Shown piece after piece: positions 1-8,339 of a stretch of 17,004 nt of DNA (position 1 is the stretch's first letter; every line of letters begins with the position of its first letter). The DNA is taken from contig CAJTSN010000027.1 of the NCBI GenBank assembly GCA_910578745.1, positions 5,099 through 22,102 on the forward strand, given 5' to 3'. This DNA is from an uncultured Bacilli bacterium. Lineage in GTDB: Bacteria > Bacillota_I > Bacilli_A > RF39 > UBA660. The position numbers and the translations under genes are program-made. The notes under the pieces were generated by a model that had not been told where the DNA came from, made no database searches, and worked only from the letters and a program-made list of their open reading frames with translations.

Positions 1-77
1 AAACAAGCTTGTTGCTTTTCTGTAAATAAATCTCCATAAATAGCAAAAAGGTCTCCTAAATAAATTTGTTTTTCCAT
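1..77 (-). CDS. ylxM: YlxM/UPF0122-like small HTH protein, N-terminal fragment that runs off the window edge
   Basis: The minus-strand ATG at 77 translates as MEKQIYLGDLFAIYGDLFTEKQQAC. The 'LF..Y..L.T.KQ' pattern and the position directly downstream of ftsY match the conserved ftsY-ylxM-ffh arrangement in Bacillota. Only 25 codons are visible. Confidence 0.55.
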   Translation of the reverse strand, partial: MEKQIYLGDLFAIYGDLFTEKQQAC

Positions 78-124
78 CAACAAATCACCTCAAAAAAATC
101 TTTTTCTGTATAGGATTCTTTTCT

Positions 125-1117
125 CTACTCTTCATCATCTTCACCTATATCACTAAATAATCCATAAATATATTTTTCAATATCAAAAGACTTCAAATCT
201 TCTTTTTTCTCTCCTAAACCTATATACTTAACAGGAATACCCACTTCTTCTTTAATTGCTAGTACAATTCCTCCCTTAGCTGTACCATCTAATTTTGTTA
301 AGACAATTCCTGTAATATCAGTGATTTCTTTAAATCCCTTGGCCTGACTAATTCCATTCTGTCCCGTAGTTGCATCTAATACCAAAAGTGTTTCGTGAGG
401 TGCTTTTTGAATATGCGTCTGAATCACTCGATTCATTTTCTCTAATTCATTCATCAAGTTGGTTTTATTTTGAAGACGACCTGCGGTATCAACTAAAACA
501 ACATCAAATTCTTCGTCCTTCGCTTTTTTCATAGCATCATAGATGACACTCGATGGGTCACTTTCTTCTTTCTTTACAATGCTTGCTCCTGTTCGTTCTG
601 CCCACTCTTCTAATTGTTCAATCGCACCCGCTCTAAACGTATCTCCTGCCACTAATAAAACTTTCTTCCCTTCCTGTACCAACTTATAAGCAATTTTCCC
701 AATCGTTGTCGTCTTTCCAACCCCATTCACACCGACAAATAGTAAAACGGTTGGACCTTCACTACTATAATGAATTTTATTTGTTAAAATCGAATCCCCT
801 ACATAAATAATAAACATTTCATCCACGATAATTTCTTTTAAATCGGCTGCATTTTCGATTTTTTCTTGTACAACTCTTTTTCGTAAGCGGTCAACAAATT
901 CCATAACTGTAGAAACACCAATATCAGCCGTAATCAAAATATCTTCTAATTCCTCAAAATATTCTTCATCAATCTTTTTATGACGAAGAGCTAAGGTGGT
1001 TAATTTCGATTTTAAATCATTCCTCGTTTTACGAAGACCTTCTGTATAGGTTTTTACTTCTTCTTTCTCATTTTCATTCTTTTTTAAAACTTTCTTTAAA
1101 CTATCAAATAATTTCAT
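125..1117 (-). CDS. ftsY: Signal recognition particle receptor FtsY
   Basis: The 330-aa ORF carries SRP-GTPase motifs GVNGVGKTTTIGK (G1), DTAGRL (G3) and TKLDGTAKGG (G4). It has the typical charged N-terminal region. Confidence 0.95.
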   Translation of the reverse strand: MKLFDSLKKVLKKNENEKEEVKTYTEGLRKTRNDLKSKLTTLALRHKKIDEEYFEELEDILITADIGVSTVMEFVDRLRKRVVQEKIENAADLKEIIVDEMFIIYVGDSILTNKIHYSSEGPTVLLFVGVNGVGKTTTIGKIAYKLVQEGKKVLLVAGDTFRAGAIEQLEEWAERTGASIVKKEESDPSSVIYDAMKKAKDEEFDVVLVDTAGRLQNKTNLMNELEKMNRVIQTHIQKAPHETLLVLDATTGQNGISQAKGFKEITDITGIVLTKLDGTAKGGIVLAIKEEVGIPVKYIGLGEKKEDLKSFDIEKYIYGLFSDIGEDDEE

Positions 1118-1175
1118 ATTCTCACTTTCCTTATTCTCATTTTACTATAAAACGAAAGAAAACACAAACCTAAAG

Positions 1176-1204
1176 TGGACAAAAGAAAAAAAATAGTCTA
1201 TAAT
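1176..1204 (+). promoter_or_regulatory. Sigma-A-type promoter for rnj
   Basis: TGGACA (1176-1181), an exact 17-nt spacer, then TATAAT (1199-1204). It lies about 40 nt upstream of the RBS-supported ATG at 1245. The ORF-track start at 1203 sits inside the -10 box. Confidence 0.5.
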
Positions 1205-1244
1205 GGACATGTTCATTTCATCTTATAAAAGAAAGGAGTTTAAA

Positions 1245-2942
1245 ATGAAATTTAAAGAAGAGGGCGATACAAAGATATTCGCACTTGGAGGTTTAGGTGA
1301 AGTCGGAAAAAATATGTATTGTGTAATGCATGGAAATGAGATTGTGATTACAGACGCAGGAATGCTTATGCCAGATAGTACATTAATGGGGGTCGATTAT
1401 GTCATTCCAGATTACACATTTCTTAAAAAAAATGAAGATAAAATTAAAGCTCTATTTATAACCCATGGGCATGAAGATCATATAGGAGGGATTCCTTTTT
1501 TACTACAAACAGTAAATATTCCTCTTATCTATGCACCAAATCAGGCGGTTGGATTAATCCGTAAAAAGTTAGAAGATAGAAACATACAATATAAAAATTT
1601 AATCGTTTATGATGAATTAACAAAGGTAAAGTTTAAAAATATAGAAGTTTCATTTTTTAGAACAACCCATTCAATTCCTGATTCACATGGAATTTGTATT
1701 ACAACTCCAAATGGAACCGTAGTCACAACAGGGGATTTTAAATTTGATTTGACACCAATTGGTCCTATGGCAAACTTACATAAAATGGCTTCCATTGGCA
1801 AACATGGGGTAACTTTATTATTAAGTGATTCTACGAATGCACTGAACGATGGCTTTTCACTCAGTGAATCAAGAGTTGACAGTGCTCTTTCTGACATTTT
1901 CGAAAAACAAACGGGTAGAATTATTATTGCTACATTCGCATCAAACATCTACCGTTTAAAACATATTGTGGATACATGTAAAAGAAATGGAAGAAAAATC
2001 GCTATATTTGGAAGAAGCATGCAGAATAATATTGAAATCTCAATTAATGGAGGATATATTAAAAACAAAGATATATTTGTAACCGCAGAAGAAGCGAACC
2101 ATTTACCTTTAGATAAGGTTTGTATTCTTTGTACAGGAAGTCAAGGAGAACCTTTAGCTGCTTTATCAAAAATAGCAGATGGGTCCCATAAACAAATTAA
2201 GCTGCAGTCAAATGATGTTGTTATTTTCTCCTCATCTGCCATTCCCGGAAATGCAGCTTCTATTGGAAAAATTATTAATAAATTATATTTAAAAGGAGTA
2301 GAAGTATACACCAACACTTCTTTAAATGATATCCATACGAGTGGACATGCCAATGAAGAAGAGTTAAAATTAATGATCCGACTTATAAAACCAAAATACT
2401 TTATGCCATTTCATGGCGAATATCGAATGTTAAAAAGACATGCGGATATTGCAGTTTTATGTGATATTCCAAAAGAAAATACTTTTGTAATGCAAAATGG
2501 AGAAGTTTTATCCATGAAAAAAGGAGTAATAAAAAGAGAAGGACTCATTCAAGCTGGAGACACCTATGTCGATGGAAACCGTATTGGTGATGTTTCTACT
2601 TCCATTATTCGAGATAGAAAAATTATGGCATCTGATGGAATTATTGTTATAATTGCTAGCATTGATGCTACGAAACCAGCTCTTTTAGGAAAAGTGAACA
2701 TCTCAACACGAGGATTTGTTTTAGTAAATGATAATCTTGAACTTTTAACAGAACTTGAAAATATCGCACGAAAAACAATCCTAGCAGGATTAACAAAACC
2801 TGTAAATTATTCCAATATTAAATCCGACTTAATTACAAATATTCAATCAAAAGCATTTACAAAAACAGGAAGAAGACCTATTATCTTACCTGTTATCATG
2901 GATATAAAACAAAAAAAAGGAAAGAAAAAAGATACAAATTAG
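1245..2942 (+). CDS. rnj: Ribonuclease J (metallo-beta-lactamase / beta-CASP RNase)
   Basis: It contains the HGHEDHIGG motif, the typical N-terminus KIFALGGLGEVGKNMY, and beta-CASP and C-terminal domains of the expected length. I chose the ATG at 1245 because AAAGGAG lies 7 nt upstream. The 1203 ATG lacks an RBS. Confidence 0.93.
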   Translation: MKFKEEGDTKIFALGGLGEVGKNMYCVMHGNEIVITDAGMLMPDSTLMGVDYVIPDYTFLKKNEDKIKALFITHGHEDHIGGIPFLLQTVNIPLIYAPNQAVGLIRKKLEDRNIQYKNLIVYDELTKVKFKNIEVSFFRTTHSIPDSHGICITTPNGTVVTTGDFKFDLTPIGPMANLHKMASIGKHGVTLLLSDSTNALNDGFSLSESRVDSALSDIFEKQTGRIIIATFASNIYRLKHIVDTCKRNGRKIAIFGRSMQNNIEISINGGYIKNKDIFVTAEEANHLPLDKVCILCTGSQGEPLAALSKIADGSHKQIKLQSNDVVIFSSSAIPGNAASIGKIINKLYLKGVEVYTNTSLNDIHTSGHANEEELKLMIRLIKPKYFMPFHGEYRMLKRHADIAVLCDIPKENTFVMQNGEVLSMKKGVIKREGLIQAGDTYVDGNRIGDVSTSIIRDRKIMASDGIIVIIASIDATKPALLGKVNISTRGFVLVNDNLELLTELENIARKTILAGLTKPVNYSNIKSDLITNIQSKAFTKTGRRPIILPVIMDIKQKKGKKKDTN

Positions 2943-2956
2943 TTGTACCTTTTTTT
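2931..2956. terminator. Possible bidirectional intrinsic terminator between convergent rnj and the histidine kinase gene
   Basis: The stem is GATACAA (2931-2937) paired with TTGTACC (2943-2949), 6 of 7 pairs, with loop ATTAG. An A-run lies on the left and a T-run (2950-2956) on the right. The hairpin overlaps both stop codons. Confidence 0.4.
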
Positions 2957-4214
2957 ATGTATAATTTAAATTTTCGATTCGTGGTAAGGTAATAATCACT
3001 TGTGTCCCCTTTTCTATTTCTGACTCATAACGAATGGTGCCACCATGTCCCCTTATAATTTCTTTTGACAAATAAACACCTAATCCTGTCCCCGCTTTTT
3101 TTGTTGTAAAAAAAGGCTCACTCATCTTTTTTAAGTTTTCACTCGTAATTCCTATTCCAGAATCTTTAATTCGAATTTGAATTGTATCTTTTTTCTCTTC
3201 TGTACAAATCGTTAAAATTTTCTTTTCTCTCTGTTCCATAGATTCAATACTATTTTTAATCAAATTAATGATCACTTGATTTAATCGATTATAATCGGCC
3301 TCCATAAATACCTCCTCATCTGAGATATGCAAATCGGTTTTAATTTGCTTTTCCTTTAGAAGAGGACTTACACTATCAATTACATTTTCCAATAAATAAT
3401 TAATATCTAGTGTCTCTTTTTCAATTTTTATTTTACTAATCGATAAAAAATCTTGCAATAAAGTAAGCACTTTTTCAATTTCACTTTTTAAGATAGGAAT
3501 ATATTTCTTACTATGTTCCTTATTATCCATATCAAACATATCTAAATACCCTTTGCATACCGCAATCGGATTTTTGATTTCATGTGTAATTTTAAATAGA
3601 GAAGCTCTTAATTTTTTTTCTTCATCAAGTAGAGAAATTGCATTCGAATACAAAATCATATCTTCTGATTTTTTCAATATAAAAATAGTGAAAGTAATTA
3701 AAAAGACAAAAATTAAAAAAACGAAAAAGATCTCAATAAATTGAATTCTATTATCATATCCTATAGGTACTTTAAATAAAAAGTAACTGTAAGCAAAAAC
3801 AAATTTAGCTAAAACAAAGACAAAAGCATCCTTTGTATAATCACGTTTTCGATAAGACAACACTTTATACAGTGCGTAGCATCCTACACTATCTAGTAAA
3901 AGTAAAGCGATTTGTTCCTCAAAAAAATGTTTCATAAAAAGAATTTGAAAAACAGTAATCATCAAAAAAGAAAGTTCTCTTTTCTTCACATAGGCCAAAA
4001 TAAGAGGAACATTTAATGAGAAATAAAGAAGATAAGAATATTTGAGATTATAAATTTTAGTCATGAGATAAATCATAGTGAAAAGAGCTAAATCAAAGGA
4101 AATGTTTCTTCTTTCTTTATCTATATTTTTCATATAAATTTGATAAATCATCCAAATGGATAAGGGGAAAAGAATAAAAATCGTTTCTAATAGAATATTG
4201 TCAAATAATGTCAT
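2955..4214 (-). CDS. Membrane sensor histidine kinase (multi-TM N-terminus, HisKA and HATPase_c), with no response regulator in the window
   Basis: The H-box is ITHEIKNPIAV, the N-box is VIINLIKNSIES, the G-boxes are DSGIGI and GTGLGVYL, and about six hydrophobic helices sit at the N-terminus. I set the start at the ATG at 4214 (AGGTGA 4 nt upstream) rather than the ORF-track start at 4253. Confidence 0.85.
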   Translation of the reverse strand: MTLFDNILLETIFILFPLSIWMIYQIYMKNIDKERRNISFDLALFTMIYLMTKIYNLKYSYLLYFSLNVPLILAYVKKRELSFLMITVFQILFMKHFFEEQIALLLLDSVGCYALYKVLSYRKRDYTKDAFVFVLAKFVFAYSYFLFKVPIGYDNRIQFIEIFFVFLIFVFLITFTIFILKKSEDMILYSNAISLLDEEKKLRASLFKITHEIKNPIAVCKGYLDMFDMDNKEHSKKYIPILKSEIEKVLTLLQDFLSISKIKIEKETLDINYLLENVIDSVSPLLKEKQIKTDLHISDEEVFMEADYNRLNQVIINLIKNSIESMEQREKKILTICTEEKKDTIQIRIKDSGIGITSENLKKMSEPFFTTKKAGTGLGVYLSKEIIRGHGGTIRYESEIEKGTQVIITLPRIENLNYT

Positions 4215-4292
4215 AAAATCACCTATTCCCATTATAGGCATATACAATGTCAAATTTTGTCGAATTTTGTTTAAAAGAAAAAAGTGATACTA

Positions 4293-4607
4293 TCACTTTA
4301 AATCATCAATATGTTTTTTTAATTGATAAGCTCCTTCTCCAAGAATAATTTTAAGTTGATTATCAATTTCAACAATACCTTGTGCTCCCAATTTTTGAAT
4401 GGCATCTTTATTCACAATCTCTACATTTTTAAGAGTAACAATAAATCGAGACTTATTGACTTCATAACGAATAATATTATCTTTTCCACCTAAATAAGTC
4501 ACTAGTTTATTTACTTCAAATTGAAAATCTTTCTTTTTTGATTTTATAATTGCAATTGCAACGATCAATAAAACAAAAGCAATGATTATATATTGTATAT
4601 ATTCCAT
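4293..4607 (-). CDS. Small membrane-anchored protein with a PTS EIIB (glucose-family)-like domain that lacks the phospho-cysteine
   Basis: There is one N-terminal TM helix (IIIAFVLLIVAIAII). LGGKDNIIRYEVNKSRFIVTLKNV...LGAQGIVE...LKIILG then parallels the EIIB pattern 'GGKENI..LDACITRLRV....LKKLGAAGVV...VQAIFG'. The active-site Cys position is Asn. Confidence 0.6.
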   Translation of the reverse strand: MEYIQYIIIAFVLLIVAIAIIKSKKKDFQFEVNKLVTYLGGKDNIIRYEVNKSRFIVTLKNVEIVNKDAIQKLGAQGIVEIDNQLKIILGEGAYQLKKHIDDLK

Positions 4608-4761
4608 AGAATCACCACTATTATTATACTATACTTTTTTTCTATTTAATAGTTTTTTTTCTAAATTTTTAGAGCTTGTCCTTTTTTCAGTTCCTTTTTA
4701 AATTTTCTATTCTTTTTGTTTTAAAAGAATTCTAATAAATATGCTCTATGAATAATAAATT

Positions 4762-4794
4762 TTTTCAAAAAAAGATTTCGATTTTAAGCGAAAC
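4762..4794 (-). terminator. Weak intrinsic terminator after the metallopeptidase-VWA gene
   Basis: The minus strand reads GTTTCG-CTTAAAAT-CGAAAT followed by CTTTTTTTG. The stem is short (5-6 bp) and AT-rich, with a U-tract immediately after the stop at 4798. Confidence 0.35.
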
Positions 4795-4797
4795 CTA

Positions 4798-6276
4798 TTA
4801 CCTTTTTCTTTGTCCTACCTCATACTGATGTAATCTTGATAGTGCACTTTCATTTATATATATTACCTTTCCACCCACTGGATTTATTTTACAATTACCA
4901 AATACAATCCAGATTGCATCTATTTGCGTATTTGGCATATCTGCCCATCCATCCGTAAAAATCACCTTATTTTCCACTCTCCTAGTAAAAGCACCTACAG
5001 CTGCATTAAAATCAGTGCCTCCACCGCCATAAAAGGTTAAATTATCAATATCGGATTCATCTTTTATTTCTGTAAACCCATAGAATTTTGTATCAAAACA
5101 TCCTACCTTTACTTTCGAATTTTGCAATATATTTTTACATTCCCTTAAGAAATTTCTAAGAAGTATTTCATCAATAGAACCACTTGTATCCAACACAATT
5201 TCTGTTTCAGGTTTTGGCATTTCTTCTAGATAGGGTGTTACTACACCATCCTCAATTCCAGCGTTTTCATATGACCAATCGATAGCATAATTTACGGCTT
5301 CTTTTAACAATATTCTCCAATCAATTAAGGGTTCAGATATTCCAATAGATGTTATATTTCTTATATTCTCATTTGCATCGTTGCTATGGCCATGTGACTG
5401 ACTTGCTAATGCATTTTTAAGTTCTTCTAGTTGCTTCTTACGTTCAACCTTATTTTGTCTAAAGGCCTCTTTCTCTCCCAATTGTACTATTTTTTGAATT
5501 TCATCATACCTTATGTTTTCTGACTCCAATTCTGGCTCTCTATCTACTTCCTTTTTTGTTTCCTGTGACGATTCTTGTTTTTCCTCTAACCTGTCGTTTG
5601 CACTTTTCTCTTTAGAAGGATTTTCCTCTTCTTTACTTTTTCTCTCGGTTGCTTTTTTCCACATAGAATGTGTATCGTGTCCAACATCATGATATTCATT
5701 CGTATCTTCCCTAACATCTGATTGTGTCATTTTTTCAGATGTCTGATTTGGTTCTTTTTGACCATCCTGCTTTTGTTGATTCTCATTATTTGAGGAACTT
5801 TGTTCGAATTGATTTTCTCCCTGTTGTGTCTTATTTTCTGCATCCACATTTTTTTGATTTTCGCTTGAACTATTCTTTTCTTGTTTCTTTTTCTCCTCTA
5901 ATAGTATCTGATATAATTCTTCTGCGTCATAGTCAATTGCTCCTTGAATATCAACTCCTCCTTTTGACAAAGGTAGGCCATCGTGTTTTAAAAAAGCATT
6001 GATAACGGCATCCGTTGCCATATTCCATAAATCTGGGTCTTTTCCAACACTTCTCCATATATGATTAAAAGCAATATGACAGATTTCATGGGCAAGTATA
6101 AATACCTGTTCCATAATAGGAATAGAGGAAAAAAAGGTAGGATTATAGTATACAACCTCTCCATCCGTTCCTGCTGTTTCTAAAGACATTTCACTTTTAA
6201 ATTTACAATGAGCAACTACACTCCCAAAAAAAGGATACTTTACTAACACTTTATTTATAACTGTCTCTATATTCAT
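4798..6276 (-). CDS. Metallopeptidase-like (HExxH, DUF2201_N-type) plus VWA-like (DUF2201-type) protein with a long disordered linker
   Basis: The N-terminus reads PFFGSVV...TAGTDGEVVYYNPTFF...LAHEICHIAFNH...WNMATDAVINAF. The C-terminal VWA has an intact MIDAS-type set: DTSGS, GGGGTDF and FTDGWAD. I set the start at the ATG at 6276 (AGGAAA 8 nt upstream). The ORF-track start at 6321 has no RBS and overlaps the upstream gene. Confidence 0.8.
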   Translation of the reverse strand: MNIETVINKVLVKYPFFGSVVAHCKFKSEMSLETAGTDGEVVYYNPTFFSSIPIMEQVFILAHEICHIAFNHIWRSVGKDPDLWNMATDAVINAFLKHDGLPLSKGGVDIQGAIDYDAEELYQILLEEKKKQEKNSSSENQKNVDAENKTQQGENQFEQSSSNNENQQKQDGQKEPNQTSEKMTQSDVREDTNEYHDVGHDTHSMWKKATERKSKEEENPSKEKSANDRLEEKQESSQETKKEVDREPELESENIRYDEIQKIVQLGEKEAFRQNKVERKKQLEELKNALASQSHGHSNDANENIRNITSIGISEPLIDWRILLKEAVNYAIDWSYENAGIEDGVVTPYLEEMPKPETEIVLDTSGSIDEILLRNFLRECKNILQNSKVKVGCFDTKFYGFTEIKDESDIDNLTFYGGGGTDFNAAVGAFTRRVENKVIFTDGWADMPNTQIDAIWIVFGNCKINPVGGKVIYINESALSRLHQYEVGQRKR

Positions 6277-6286
6277 AGTATATTTC

Positions 6287-6688
6287 CTAAATTTGAGCAC
6301 ATAAGGAATATACTTCCTCATTCATTTTATGCATTCTTAAATCAGAACAAGTGGCAACAACAAAACAATTTTTAGGTAAATCAAAAGTACTCACTTTTTT
6401 ATATTTTAATATTTCCACAAATTTTGTTTGTTCTTCTAAAGCAATTTCATTAATATTTTCAATCACTAAAATCACAGGACCTAATTTACTTTTCTCTAGT
6501 AATGTTTTATACCATTCTGGAGGACAAAATTCTATATTCTCATAGTGTCCATTTAATTGAAGTCTATCTATATCTGCTTTTATAATAACCGCATTATCAA
6601 AAACAGTAGCAGGGATGTTTTGAATTAATAAAGGAGAGATGCCAGATTGCATATAATTTTCTAATAAACTTAATCTATCTTTATTCAT
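6287..6688 (-). CDS. Degenerate AAA-like protein with no P-loop, a paralog of the core of the upstream ATPase
   Basis: The 133-aa ORF has GGAGG 9 nt upstream, and its ATG overlaps the upstream stop (ATGA). It aligns by eye with the AAA core of the 6685-8295 product. PPEWYKTLLEK matches PPTWYSKVKEK, VILVIENINEI matches IHIIFFDELTNA, LPKNCFVVATCS matches IPSNARIVAAGN, and LLIQNIPAT occupies the place of FLHGRSSEGKS. Confidence 0.6.
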   Translation of the reverse strand: MNKDRLSLLENYMQSGISPLLIQNIPATVFDNAVIIKADIDRLQLNGHYENIEFCPPEWYKTLLEKSKLGPVILVIENINEIALEEQTKFVEILKYKKVSTFDLPKNCFVVATCSDLRMHKMNEEVYSLCAQI

Positions 6689-8295
6689 CGTCTTATTCCT
6701 CCTTGGGTATTCATTTCAGACATTTGTATTTCGAGGAGTCGCTCTAATCTGGATTCATCGCCATGTACCCACATCGATTCAAAAGCCGCTCTTGGCTCTG
6801 CGCCCACTCGTTTCATAAAATCTCTTACTATTTCAAAATGTTCATCATCAACAGAAGATAAACCAACAGCGGTTGCAAATTTCTGTGATACATCCATTTC
6901 GAAGTCCCATTCTGAGTAATTATGATGAATTACATCTTCAATACTTATAACTTGAAGTTTTGTAAATGCAACAAAATCTCTTGTTAACTCCTCTCCTATT
7001 AATGCACGAAGCATTTCTGGTTTTTTCGTCTTATAAAGCACTTTGGAAGCCATCTCCCATTTTCTTGGATCTGCATTTGGCTTATCTCCTGTATAAGGGG
7101 TTCTTAGTACATCATAACCACTATAGGATTTATAAGCCACATAAGCATAAATTGCTGGATGAATAAGGTTCTCTTTTTTTTCCTCTTTATAATCCACCCT
7201 CTCATATTTGTCTCTTGGCGTAGATGCCCATTTTAACCAACTATCTACGGTTGTTTGAATGTATACGTGTGCGAATCGATTAAATAAAGGCTCTGCCATT
7301 TGATTAGCGGCTAACGAGTCATTCAAATCATTCCCAGCGGCCACAATTCTTGCATTCGAAGGAATCTTCCATTTTCCATCTACTTCTCCATCTAACACAA
7401 TATTAAACGCCATTCCCTGAATAGAAGGAAGTGCATTTGTAAGTTCATCAAAAAATATGATATGGATTTTATTTGGTTCTTTTTCACATTTTTCCTTTAC
7501 TTTGCTATACCATGTTGGTGGCACATCGATCATTTCCCCTGTTTGTGCATTATATACACTTTTTCCATTTAAACTATTCGGTGTTGCATTTCTCATATAT
7601 ATAATTTCACAGTCTGGATCAAATTGTTTTACTCTTGCTGACTTACCCTCACTTGATCTACCATGTAGAAACACCGAAATGTTACTTTCTATAGCCCCTT
7701 TAATAATCTCTTCTTCCGATACATTCCCAAAATCAAAATGATAGGGATTTTCTTTTCGTAGTTGTTTTCGTTCATCTGAAATTTCAACTTGCTTTGTGTC
7801 CTTTTGTACATAGACTGTATCAGCCATTATTTCCTTTGCAAAACAAGTATCCATAAATTGTTTAATATCTGTTTTATCAAAGTTTCCATCATAATTCCTT
7901 TGATTTTTAAATTGAACTCCTGAAAATATAATTTTTTTACAAAGTGCAATATTCGTTCTTTCATCTACTAACCAAATAATTGGTTCAACTTCTACCCAAC
8001 ATTCACTTCCAAATTGAACCGATCTTCCATTGGATAGAAACTGACCATCACAGTTTTCATCAACAATAAAACGAATGTATTTTTTTCCATTATATTCATA
8101 TTCTACATGCTTTCTAGCTTTAAATTTTATATCTGTATCTCGATAGCTGACACAATCGGTTGTATAACTTTTTCCTGTTGTTTTTAAATTACCTCTTTTA
8201 TAGAATTCCTCTAATATACGTGCGTCATTATCACTTACTATAGTCTGAGGATATTCTCCATAATTAACTTCCTTAATTCCATTAGCGACTCTCAC
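6685..8295 (-). CDS. MoxR/AAA_5-like ATPase body of the DGR target. As an isolated ORF it has only a GTG start and no convincing RBS.
   Basis: Walker A is GRSSEGKS (7639-7662) and Walker B is IIFFDE (7444-7461). The sensor-1-like segment is RIVAAGND, followed by EPLFNRFAHVYI. Upstream of the AAA core lies a beta-rich segment (YGEYPQ...WVEVEPIIWLVDE). The frame is open and continuous upstream through the VR to the TGA at 8395-8397. Confidence 0.8.
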   Translation of the reverse strand: MRVANGIKEVNYGEYPQTIVSDNDARILEEFYKRGNLKTTGKSYTTDCVSYRDTDIKFKARKHVEYEYNGKKYIRFIVDENCDGQFLSNGRSVQFGSECWVEVEPIIWLVDERTNIALCKKIIFSGVQFKNQRNYDGNFDKTDIKQFMDTCFAKEIMADTVYVQKDTKQVEISDERKQLRKENPYHFDFGNVSEEEIIKGAIESNISVFLHGRSSEGKSARVKQFDPDCEIIYMRNATPNSLNGKSVYNAQTGEMIDVPPTWYSKVKEKCEKEPNKIHIIFFDELTNALPSIQGMAFNIVLDGEVDGKWKIPSNARIVAAGNDLNDSLAANQMAEPLFNRFAHVYIQTTVDSWLKWASTPRDKYERVDYKEEKKENLIHPAIYAYVAYKSYSGYDVLRTPYTGDKPNADPRKWEMASKVLYKTKKPEMLRALIGEELTRDFVAFTKLQVISIEDVIHHNYSEWDFEMDVSQKFATAVGLSSVDDEHFEIVRDFMKRVGAEPRAAFESMWVHGDESRLERLLEIQMSEMNTQGGIRR

Positions 8296-8339
8296 TCCGT
8301 TCGAGGAGATAGATGAGATTAATAAAGAATAAGGTAAAG

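Noticed and set aside
1203-1244. The ORF-track start of rnj at 1203 would add 14 codons.
   Set aside because: That ATG lies within the predicted -10 box (TATAAT, 1199-1204) and has no RBS. The ATG at 1245 has AAAGGAG upstream and gives the canonical RNase J N-terminus.
1607-7741. Short ORFs lie antisense to or nested in larger genes: 1607-1948(-), 2141-2353(-), 3553-3744(+), 5724-6002(+), 6351-6545(+), 6966-7166(+) and 7457-7741(+). The same applies to 9127-9360(+), 13835-14032(+) and 15420-15650(-).
   Set aside because: All lie wholly inside well-supported genes on the opposite strand. They have biased hydrophobic or low-complexity composition and no recognisable motifs or ribosome-binding sites. 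I treat them as shadow ORFs.
8293-8295. The GTG at 8295 could be the genuine independent start of the AAA ATPase gene.
   Set aside because: It has no properly spaced Shine-Dalgarno sequence. The reading frame is open for 33 further codons upstream and joins the VR-domain ORF in frame. The next Met is about 147 codons downstream, still upstream of the Walker A motif. I keep it only as a fallback possibility in the OFF state.
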